A DNA stretch of 64,000 bases from an uncultured Planctomycetales bacterium (GTDB lineage: Bacteria > Planctomycetota > Planctomycetia > Pirellulales > JAEUIK01). Below, piece by piece: positions 26,812 to 34,440 of the stretch. How positions within the stretch are numbered: the first letter of the stretch is position 1; each line of letters opens with the position of its first letter. Below the pieces are notes generated by a model. The model was not told the origin of the DNA. It did no database searches and saw only the letters and a program-made list of their open reading frames with translations. Location of the stretch: NCBI GenBank assembly GCA_938003525.1, contig CALKYM010000304.1, forward strand, positions 29,287 through 93,286, given 5' to 3'. Position numbers and translations under genes: made by a program.

Positions 26812-27915
26812 TCAGAATCCGGCACTGCGCGGCGTGCGATTCGACGCGTCTTCGACGGGCCATCCGTCTCGATAGGGCTCGCCCGCTTCGTAGAGTGCGA
26901 GACGTTCGCGGTAAGCGTCCTGCAGATCTTGCGGCGCGGCGGAGAGCGCTTCTTCCAGCGTCGCGACTGCATCCGCGTACTGGCCCGCGGCCGCCAGCGC
27001 TGCGGCGAGCGTGTCGAGGTATCGAAAGTTGCCTTCGCGGCCATCAATCTCAATCGCCTTGCGGGCCGCCTGCAGCGCGAGCTGCGGATTGCGGTAGTTC
27101 TCGTCGGGACAGGTGGCCATCAGCCAGGCGGCGCTTTGATAAGCGCGGCCGAGTTCCGGATCGATGCGAATCGCGCGGCGGTAGTCTTCGGCGGCCTGCT
27201 CGAAACGTCCTTTGTCGGCGTACGCGTCGCCCCGATTGGTGTAGGCCGCGGCGTTCTGCGGATCGAGACGAATGGCCATGCTGTAGTCTTCAACGGCGCC
27301 GACATAGTCATCGAGCCGGTACCGCGCGTGCCCGCGACTGTTGTAGATGGCGCTGTCGTCCGGCACGAGCCGCAGCGCGCGGTCGTAGTCGTCAATCGCC
27401 TCTTGGTACATCCCCTGCTCGTAGCGGATTTCGCCGCGATTGAAGTAGGCATTGCCGTACGACGGGTTGATCTCGACCGCGCGATCGAAGTCGGCAAGCG
27501 CCTCGTCATAGCGACCGAACAGCGCCAGACTCACCCCGCGATTGTGCAGAGCCTGCCAACGGGTGGGAGCCAAGGCAACGGACGCCGAGAAATCTTCGAG
27601 CGCATCTTCTTCGCGCCCCTCTTCGGCGTATTGCTCGCCGCGATGGTCGTACGTCCAGGCCAACAATTGCTCGGCGTACTGCGTCCACTGTTGGTCGAGT
27701 CCCAGCGACAAAGCGCGCTGGCACTGATCGATAATTTCGGTGTAATCGTCGACGGTAGCGGCCGCTGTCGTCTGTTCGTGCGCGGCACGCAACATCGCCA
27801 CGGGGTCGTTCGCTGAAGGCGTGTCTTGAGCGACTACGATCGATGCCACCATGTGGGCGGCAAATGTTGCGAGCAACAGGCCCGCGCGTCGCGTGTAGAG
27901 ATCGCGGAACGTCAT
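26812..27915 (-). CDS. Tetratricopeptide (TPR) repeat protein, exported
   Basis: ATG 27915 (the track GTG is at 27924) followed by a signal-like LLLATFAAHMVASIVVAQD. Repeated 34-aa units such as AYFNRGEIRYEQGMYQEAIDDYDRALRLVPDDS, AIYNSRGHARYRLDDYVGAVEDYSMAIRLDPQN and AYTNRGDAYADKGRFEQAAEDYRRAIRIDP. Confidence 0.85.
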   Translation of the reverse strand: MTFRDLYTRRAGLLLATFAAHMVASIVVAQDTPSANDPVAMLRAAHEQTTAAATVDDYTEIIDQCQRALSLGLDQQWTQYAEQLLAWTYDHRGEQYAEEGREEDALEDFSASVALAPTRWQALHNRGVSLALFGRYDEALADFDRAVEINPSYGNAYFNRGEIRYEQGMYQEAIDDYDRALRLVPDDSAIYNSRGHARYRLDDYVGAVEDYSMAIRLDPQNAAAYTNRGDAYADKGRFEQAAEDYRRAIRIDPELGRAYQSAAWLMATCPDENYRNPQLALQAARKAIEIDGREGNFRYLDTLAAALAAAGQYADAVATLEEALSAAPQDLQDAYRERLALYEAGEPYRDGWPVEDASNRTPRSAGF

Positions 27916-27986
27916 GCTGTCCACCTCGAATGCGCGGAATTGCCGCCTTGTTTCAGCGCAGGTGTAGCGAGCCCTCGTGGCGATGG

Positions 27987-29411
27987 CTAGGCCTGCGGTT
28001 CGGTCATGCTGCGCGGGTCGAGCGCTGCATTGAGTTTCTCAAGTGGCAGAATCCGTTGTTCTTCGCAGAGCTGGCGAATCGTCTTGCCCGTTTTGAAGGC
28101 TTCTTTGGCCAGTGCCGCAGCCTTGTCGTAGCCGATCAGTGGATTCAGGCTCGTGACCATCGAAAGACTCTGTTCGACGGCCGCCTCGCAAGCCTCGGCG
28201 TTGGCTTGCATGCCATCCATACAGAAGTCCAAGAAGGCCTGCGTGGCCGAAGCGAGCAGGGCGATACTTTCCAGTGTCGTCTGCCCCATGACGGGCATCA
28301 TGATGTTCAACTGAAACTGGCCGCCCGTTGCGCCGCTGAAGGCAATCACCTGATCGTTGCCCATCACTCGGGCGCACACCTGCATCATGCTTTCGCACAT
28401 CACCGGGTTCACTTTGCCCGGCATGATCGAACTGCCGGGCTGCCGGTCCGGGAGCATGACTTCGTAGAAGCCGCATCGGGGCCCCGAGCCCAGCCAGCGA
28501 ATGTTGTTCGCCACGTTGAACAGCGTGACGGCCACCGCCCGCAACTGACCGTGGCATTCCACCAGCCCGTCGCGCTGGGCGTTGGCTTCGAAATGATCCT
28601 TCGCTTCGACGAACGGGATGTCGCTCTCTTTGGCCAGCTCGGCGGCGACGCGCGCTCCAAACTCCGGATGCGTATTGATCCCGGAGCCGACCGCCGTGCC
28701 GCCCACGGGTAGCTCAAGCACGGCTTCGCAAGCGCGGCGTGCGCGCTCGACGGACATGTTCAACTGCCGCGCGAAACCGCCAAACTCCTGGCCTAAGCGC
28801 AGCGGCGTCGCATCGGCCAAATGGGTGCGGCCGATCTTGATGATGTCGTCCCACTGCGCGGCCTTCTGGGCGAGATCTTTGCCAAATCGCTCCAGTGCGG
28901 GGACGAGTTCGCGGGTGATCTCGGTCGCCACCGCCACGTGGATGGCTGTGGGAAAGGTGTCGTTGGTGCTTTGCCCCATGTTGACGTGATCGTTCGGATG
29001 GACGCCCTTCTGAGCCTGCATGCGATCTTCGCCCAGCAACTCAATGGCGCGATTGGCGATCACCTCGTTGACGTTCATGTTGCTCGAAGTGCCCGAGCCC
29101 GTTTGGAACACGTCGATGGGGAACTGATCGGCCAGCCGCCCCTGAGCAACCTCGCGGCACGCCGACAACAGCGCCTCGACCTGCTTGTCGTTTAGCGGGC
29201 GCTTGCCTGAGCCGGTCAGCTTGCCCAGATCGCGATTCGCGACGGCTGCCGCGTACTTCACCAGGCCCATGGCGCGGACGAGCGGGGCCGGCAATCGCCA
29301 CCCCGAGATGGGGAAGTTCTCGACGGCGCGCTGCGTCTGAGCGCCGTAATAGGCCATCGCGGGCACGCGGACCGTGCCCATCGAATCTTTTTCCTCACGA
29401 AACTCGCTCAT
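27987..29411 (-). CDS. fumC: Class II fumarate hydratase
   Basis: ATG 29411 gives MSEFREEKDSMGTVRVPAMAYYGAQTQRAVENF. Fumarate-lyase signature GSSIMPGKVNPVMCE. TNDTFPTA block present. Confidence 0.95.
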   Translation of the reverse strand: MSEFREEKDSMGTVRVPAMAYYGAQTQRAVENFPISGWRLPAPLVRAMGLVKYAAAVANRDLGKLTGSGKRPLNDKQVEALLSACREVAQGRLADQFPIDVFQTGSGTSSNMNVNEVIANRAIELLGEDRMQAQKGVHPNDHVNMGQSTNDTFPTAIHVAVATEITRELVPALERFGKDLAQKAAQWDDIIKIGRTHLADATPLRLGQEFGGFARQLNMSVERARRACEAVLELPVGGTAVGSGINTHPEFGARVAAELAKESDIPFVEAKDHFEANAQRDGLVECHGQLRAVAVTLFNVANNIRWLGSGPRCGFYEVMLPDRQPGSSIMPGKVNPVMCESMMQVCARVMGNDQVIAFSGATGGQFQLNIMMPVMGQTTLESIALLASATQAFLDFCMDGMQANAEACEAAVEQSLSMVTSLNPLIGYDKAAALAKEAFKTGKTIRQLCEEQRILPLEKLNAALDPRSMTEPQA

Positions 29412-29558
29412 CGCGCACGACCCATCCGCTAACGTGCTGGCAGAATACGTCGCCAGCAAACTCGATTCACGACGGCACATTAAGACTGCACCGGCGCCGC
29501 CATCTTAGCCCTTCGCGGAACAGCTCAAAAGATCGAAAGGGCGTGCCGCATCTAGGCG

Positions 29559-30014
29559 TTAAGAGCCTCCGTGCAGATGACAAGTGCCGTAATCGCAGCT
29601 CTCGGCCGTGCTACCAAAGCGGTAGCGTCGCCGGGCAATTTGGCGATAGCACCAACGCCAGAAGGGCATGGCGCCGGGAAGGTGCATCAGGGGGGCCAGC
29701 CACCACAGCCGGGGAAGGCGTCGGGAGAGATAGCGAATCGCCTCCGCACCACGATGGCGGCGGCCCTGCCGATCGACGACGTACATCGCTTCCATCAATC
29801 GCTCGTGGCTCAGGTCGGGATAGCGCTGGGCCACCGCTGGATCGTGCAAGGACAGGTATGCCAGCCGCCCTCCACGATCCCAGGCAGCCAGCCGCTGGAC
29901 TTGCGCGGTGCAGATGCTGCACTTCCCGTCGTAGATCACGACGTCCGCGTCGCCGCGCACATCAGGACCCGGCAGATCGCGTTGTTCGGCTTGGCGGACT
30001 GAAGCGGTCGTCAT
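29559..30014 (-). CDS. DCC-family (DUF393) thiol-disulfide oxidoreductase
   Basis: VVIYDGKCSICTAQVQRLAAWDRGGRLAYLSLHD. This is the characteristic DG-x-C-x-x-C motif and length (151 aa). Confidence 0.8.
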   Translation of the reverse strand: MTTASVRQAEQRDLPGPDVRGDADVVIYDGKCSICTAQVQRLAAWDRGGRLAYLSLHDPAVAQRYPDLSHERLMEAMYVVDRQGRRHRGAEAIRYLSRRLPRLWWLAPLMHLPGAMPFWRWCYRQIARRRYRFGSTAESCDYGTCHLHGGS

Positions 30015-30247
30015 CGGACTCGTCGTTCCCGGCTCAGGGTCTCAACCGGCTGCGTGTGCCCACCCATTCAACCGCAACTGCTGCCGCCCGGACAATCGGA
30101 ATCGCTGGACGAAACTCGGGCGCAGCGGCCGAGCCGCATGGTTTCGCAGAGATTCCCGTTGTGCCGCTGTCGCTCAGCGGCGAAACTTCACTGCCGCGGC
30201 GGGGTTATAACCCAGTGACGGCGGGTCGCTTGAATAGGAGAAATGCC

Positions 30248-30910
30248 ATGCAGCGAAAGCCGACGATCCTCGGACTGGCGGCGGCCATCATGCTCCTATT
30301 CGTACTCTCTTCATCGGCCGAAGCACAGGAGCGGTCGAAACGAGGTCGCCGCGGGCGGATACCGCAGCGCGCCCCGGATCGAATCGATGAGGGTGACCGC
30401 GCCCCCGACTTCAAGTTGCAGACTCTCGACGGCGAGCAGGAAGTTCAACTGAGTTCCGCCCGCGGCGAACGACCCGTGGCGCTGATCTTTGGCTCGTACA
30501 CGTGACCGCCCTTTCGGCACCAGGTGGGTGCCCTGGAAAAGCTGTACGCCGATTTCGGCGACCGTGTGCAGTTCCTGGTGGTTTACATTCGCGAAGCGCA
30601 TCCAACGGATGGGTGGCAGGTTGGCGCCAACGAGCGCGAGGGCGTACTCTTCGAGCAGCCCACCACGCTTGATGAGCGGGTCGACGTGGCGCACGCAATG
30701 TGCGAGCAGCTCGAACTCTCGATTCCGACCGTGATCGACGGCATCGATGATCGGGCGGGCACCGACTATAACGCCTGGCCCGATCGACTCTACCTGGTCG
30801 GCACCGATGGGCGGATCGCCTACAAGGGCCGTCCCGGCCCGTTCGGATTCAAGCCGGCCGAGTTGCGCACGGCCATCGAGCGGGAATTATCGACGGCCGC
30901 CGGCGAATAG
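30248..30910 (+). CDS. Iodothyronine-deiodinase-family thioredoxin-fold selenoprotein (TGA 30503-30505 read as Sec), exported
   Basis: AGGAG at 30235-30239 precedes ATG 30248. Signal peptide MQRKPTILGLAAAIMLLFVLSSSAEAQ. APDFKLQTLDGEQEVQLSS..RPVALIFGSYT-[TGA]-PPFRHQVGALEKLYADFGDRVQFLVVYIREAHPTDGW...DRLYLVGTDGRIAYKGRPGPFGF. Track ORFs 29543..30505 and 30524..30910 are in the same frame (coordinate mod 3 = 2) and are separated only by this TGA. Confidence 0.8.
30511..30541 (+). promoter_or_regulatory. Putative bacterial SECIS element
   Basis: Perfect hairpin GGCACC-AGGUG-GGUGCC at 30516..30532. It begins 11 nt after the UGA, and its loop begins 16 nt after. A possible lower stem pairs CUUU (30511-14) with AAAG (30538-41). 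Confidence 0.6.
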
Positions 30911-31083
30911 CCCCCTGGCGGGGCAGGCAGTCCGATCTGACGGCCGACGGGCGGAATTCCCTGGCCAACCCCTGCTCGGAATCCGTTAAGATTGAAGCAG
31001 CCAGTCGAGACTGGTCGGGCATGGACCTGGCTGGACGTTTGTCGACGGGCTGACCCCTTTCGACGACGAACGAGGAGCGCGTT

Positions 31084-32721
31084 ATGGAATCGCTCGAAAA
31101 ACACGTCCGCCGTGCTCAGCGACGGCTGAACTTGCAGCGCTTTCTCGGCGTGCTCACCTGGTGCTGGTTCGCGGCGCTCAGCGTGACGCTCGTCCTGGTT
31201 GTCGTCGACAAGTACTGGCCGCTGGGGCTTACGCTCGCCGCTTGGGTCGCACTCGCGCTCGGCGCGGGCTTCGCCGCCGCCGTGGCTTGGACGTGGTGGA
31301 ATCGCGATCGCCAATTGACGGCCGCCATCGAACTCGACCGCCGCTTCGGACTGAAAGAACGGGTTTCGACCTCGCTGAGCCTTACGGAAGCCGAACAGTC
31401 AAGCGAAGCGGGCCAGCTTCTTTTGGCCGACACCCAACAGCGCGTCTCCCGCATCGACGTCGGCGAACGGTTCGGCATCCAACTCGGACGATGGACGTGG
31501 CTGCCGGTTGCGCCGGCAACCTTGGCCGTCATGGTTGCGCTGTTCTTCAATCCGATCATCGAGCCGCAAGAGGCGGTGGCCAAGAACTCGCAGACGGCCG
31601 CCCAGAAGCGGATCAACAAGTCGACCGAGGTCTTGAGCAAGCGGGTTCAAGAAAAGCGGCGCCGCGCCGAGGAGCTCGGTTTGCAGGATGCCGAAGCCTT
31701 GTTGGAACAGCTCGAACAGGGAACTCGGCAACTGAGTGAAGCCCAACAGCCCGAGCGCAAGCAGTCTTTGGTCGAGCTCAATGAATTGAGCCAGAACGTC
31801 GAGCAGCGGCGTCAGCAACTTGGGTCGGCCGACGAGATGCGCGAGCGGCTGGAACAGCTCAAAGATATCAAGCAGGGTCCCGCCGATGAGTTGGCCGGAG
31901 CCTTGCGCAAAGGCGACCTCGGCCAGGCCATGGAAGCCATCGAAAAACTCAAGCAGCAGCTCGAAGACGGCGAGCTGACCGAAGAACAGCAAGCTGAGCT
32001 GGGCGAACAGCTCGAGCAGATGGCTGACAAGTTGAATCAGATGCTCGATGCGCAGCGTCAGTTGGAAGAGTCGCTGGCCGAACAAATCCAACAAGAGATG
32101 GCCGCCGGCAACCAACAGCGCGCCGAGCAACTCCAGGAGCAGTTGAATCAACTGCAACAACAACGGCAGCAGATGGAACAGATGAGTCAGATGGCCGACC
32201 GTATGGCCGAATGCGCTCAGTGCATGAAGGGTGGTCAGACCGCCGAAGCCATGCAGCAACTCGAAGCGCTGGCGGGCGACCTCGAACAACTGGCCCAACA
32301 GCTCGAAGAGATGGAACTGCTCGACGACGTGCTCGACCAAATCTCGCAGGCCAAGAACTCCATGGGCTGCAAAGAGTGCGGCGGCGCCGGTTGCCCGGCC
32401 TGCCAGGGTGCCGGCCGACAGCAGAGCCTGATCGCCGGCCGCGGTATGGGCGAAGGGGAAGGTCAAGGTGACCGGCCCGAAGCCGAAGACGACACCGGCT
32501 TCTACGATTCTCAGGTTCGCCAGCAGGTGGGCCAGGGTGCGGCGGTGATCACCGATCTCGTCGGTGGGCCCAACGCCAAAGGGCGCGTCTCGCAGCAAAT
32601 CCAGTCGGAATTCGAGAGCGCCGGCGGAGAGGACACCAATCCCCTCACCGACCAGAAACTCCCGCGGGGGCATCGCGATCACGCGCGCGATTACTTCGAG
32701 GCCCTGCGCGAAGGTCGCTAG
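31084..32721 (+). CDS. Membrane-anchored Q/E-rich coiled-coil protein with DnaJ-type CxxCxGxG zinc knuckle
   Basis: GAGGAG lies upstream of ATG 31084. Two N-terminal TM helices (FLGVLTWCWFAALSVTLVLVVV and LTLAAWVALALGAGFAAAVAW) are followed by ELDRRFGLKERVSTSL. Then a long heptad-like Q/E/L region. CKECGGAGCPACQGAG lies at nt 32368-32415. The antisense 528-aa ORF is a mirror artefact. Confidence 0.7.
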   Translation: MESLEKHVRRAQRRLNLQRFLGVLTWCWFAALSVTLVLVVVDKYWPLGLTLAAWVALALGAGFAAAVAWTWWNRDRQLTAAIELDRRFGLKERVSTSLSLTEAEQSSEAGQLLLADTQQRVSRIDVGERFGIQLGRWTWLPVAPATLAVMVALFFNPIIEPQEAVAKNSQTAAQKRINKSTEVLSKRVQEKRRRAEELGLQDAEALLEQLEQGTRQLSEAQQPERKQSLVELNELSQNVEQRRQQLGSADEMRERLEQLKDIKQGPADELAGALRKGDLGQAMEAIEKLKQQLEDGELTEEQQAELGEQLEQMADKLNQMLDAQRQLEESLAEQIQQEMAAGNQQRAEQLQEQLNQLQQQRQQMEQMSQMADRMAECAQCMKGGQTAEAMQQLEALAGDLEQLAQQLEEMELLDDVLDQISQAKNSMGCKECGGAGCPACQGAGRQQSLIAGRGMGEGEGQGDRPEAEDDTGFYDSQVRQQVGQGAAVITDLVGGPNAKGRVSQQIQSEFESAGGEDTNPLTDQKLPRGHRDHARDYFEALREGR

Positions 32722-32814
32722 TCTGCACAGACGCAGCTGGTGTCGTTCGCACCCTTGTGGAATACGATTTAGTGAGTCGCGCCGCGTCAAGCGGGCGACG
32801 TACGTCCCCGTAAG

Positions 32815-33948
32815 GTGATCGAAGTGTCGAGCGGAACCATCGCCGTGCTCGTCATGTGCTCGTGTTGGGGGCAGGATCCCACGGCCCGAGAGACGATCGA
32901 AGAGCACTATCCCGACGGACAGCTCAAGCTCCAGCGCGAAGTCATCCGCGATGCGCAAGGACGCGAAGTCCGCGACGGCGTGCAACGGCGCTACGACCCC
33001 TCAGGCCAAGTTGTTGATGAGCGCCGCTATCAGAACAACGTGCTCGAAGGCCCCTGGACGCAGTGGTATCCCTCCGGAGAGAAAAAGGCCGAGGGCAATT
33101 ACCACGCAGGCCGGCGCGACGGCGCCGAGATCCACTGGAGCCGTCGCGGCGTGCCGTTTCTGGAAACGAACTATCGCGCGGGCCGTCGCCACGGCAAGCG
33201 CTTTGAGCGGATCGCCGTCGATCGGGTCATCGTCGAGGCCGACTACGTGGACGGGCAACTAGAAGGCGTCTATCAGGAGTGGTATCCAGACGGACAACCG
33301 AAGATCGAGCGACACTATCTGGCGGGCGAGCCACACGGTACCGACCGCCGCTGGTACAAAGACGGCACGCTGCACACCGAGGCCAATTACGAGAAGGGCG
33401 ACAAGCACGGCCTCTACCAGGAGTGGTTCCTGAACGGCCAGCTCATCACGTCCACCACGTACGACCGGGGCGTCTTGCACGGTCCGGTCACGCTCTATCA
33501 CGCCAGCGGCAACAAGAAGGCCGAAGGCGCCTACAACCGCGGAGAAATCGACGGCGTGTGGCGCGAGTATCACGACAACGAGGCCGGGCAGTTAGCCGCC
33601 GAGTGGAACTACCAGCACGGAATTCGGCAGGGTGTGCAACGCAGTTGGCACGAGAACGGCCAGCCCTTCATGGAAACGAACGTCGTCGACGACGTTCAAC
33701 AGGGCCCTTGGACCGAGTGGTACGACAACGGTACCAAGAAGGCCGAGGGGGAGTACGCCGACGGCCAGTTCGATGGTCGGGTGAGCTACTGGTACGCCGA
33801 TGGCAACCCTTGGGCCGTGCGCGAATATCGGGCCGGCGTGCGACACGGAGTCTGGCAAGACTGGGACGAAGAGGGCCAGATGATCGCGGACCAGCGCTAC
33901 GAAGACGGACGCCTGGTCGAGTCAGCAGATACCGTCGCGGCGCCGTGA
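32815..33948 (+). CDS. MORN-variant (YwqK-type) repeat protein, second copy
   Basis: GTG start. Repeats include GPWTQWYPSGEKKAEGNYHAGRRDG, GVYQEWYPDGQPKIERHYLAGEPHG, GLYQEWFLNGQL and GPWTEWYDNGTKKAEGEYADGQFDG. Same repeat family as 19366..20535. Confidence 0.75.
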   Translation: MIEVSSGTIAVLVMCSCWGQDPTARETIEEHYPDGQLKLQREVIRDAQGREVRDGVQRRYDPSGQVVDERRYQNNVLEGPWTQWYPSGEKKAEGNYHAGRRDGAEIHWSRRGVPFLETNYRAGRRHGKRFERIAVDRVIVEADYVDGQLEGVYQEWYPDGQPKIERHYLAGEPHGTDRRWYKDGTLHTEANYEKGDKHGLYQEWFLNGQLITSTTYDRGVLHGPVTLYHASGNKKAEGAYNRGEIDGVWREYHDNEAGQLAAEWNYQHGIRQGVQRSWHENGQPFMETNVVDDVQQGPWTEWYDNGTKKAEGEYADGQFDGRVSYWYADGNPWAVREYRAGVRHGVWQDWDEEGQMIADQRYEDGRLVESADTVAAP

Positions 33949-33961
33949 GGCGCCGCGTGAA

Positions 33962-34219
33962 CTACTGCTTCGACGCGCGGCGGGGAATCGTGAAGGAATA
34001 GAGGATCGTCACGGCCCCGCCCGCCAGCAGACTCCACGGCGCCCAAGGAGGAGGCACGATCTCGCGTCCGCGCGGCGGAGCCACGGTCCCGAATGTCCGC
34101 TGAATCGCTGACTGCGAAGGCTCCGCGGTTGCGCGAAACACCGCTTTGTCGATCGCCAGACATTCGGCGCCGAGGATGCAGGCAAAGATTCCGATCGCCA
34201 GAAAGAACGAGCGCACCAT
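33962..34219 (-). CDS. Small two-TM membrane protein (hypothetical)
   Basis: ATG 34219 is preceded by GGGGGAAG. 85 aa with two hydrophobic helices (FFLAIGIFACILGAECLAI and WSLLAGGAVTILYSF). It sits in an otherwise unassigned 490-bp gap. Confidence 0.45.
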   Translation of the reverse strand: MVRSFFLAIGIFACILGAECLAIDKAVFRATAEPSQSAIQRTFGTVAPPRGREIVPPPWAPWSLLAGGAVTILYSFTIPRRASKQ

Positions 34220-34440
34220 ACGGGCTTCCCCCGGGTCGGCAACAAACAGGGCATCGGTCGCTTACTATCACCATCGACGCTATGCTGGCGCTGACTTCAA
34301 CAGCATGCTTACACGCGGGTTCGGGTGAATCGGATCGCGCCAGTTGCAGCGGTCGCGGCTGCCCTCAAACACGCGTCGTATCACCAAAGCCTGCCTGCCC
34401 GCACTGCGGCGTGATTGCCGGGGCCCGCGGAGCCAATCCG

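Noticed and set aside
29543-30247. The 5' 235 codons of the 320-aa track ORF 29543..30505
   Set aside because: This stretch is Arg/Ala/Pro/Gly-rich with no domain signal, and it is antisense to the well-supported DCC gene (29559..30014). The deiodinase-like homology, the signal peptide and an AGGAG site all begin at ATG 30248, so only 30248 onward is coding.
31399-32985. 528-aa minus-strand ORF
   Set aside because: It is the mirror image of the Q/E-rich coiled-coil gene, and its translation is monotone L/E/F low-complexity. The plus-strand frame has TM helices, an SD site and a zinc-knuckle motif. Shadow ORF.
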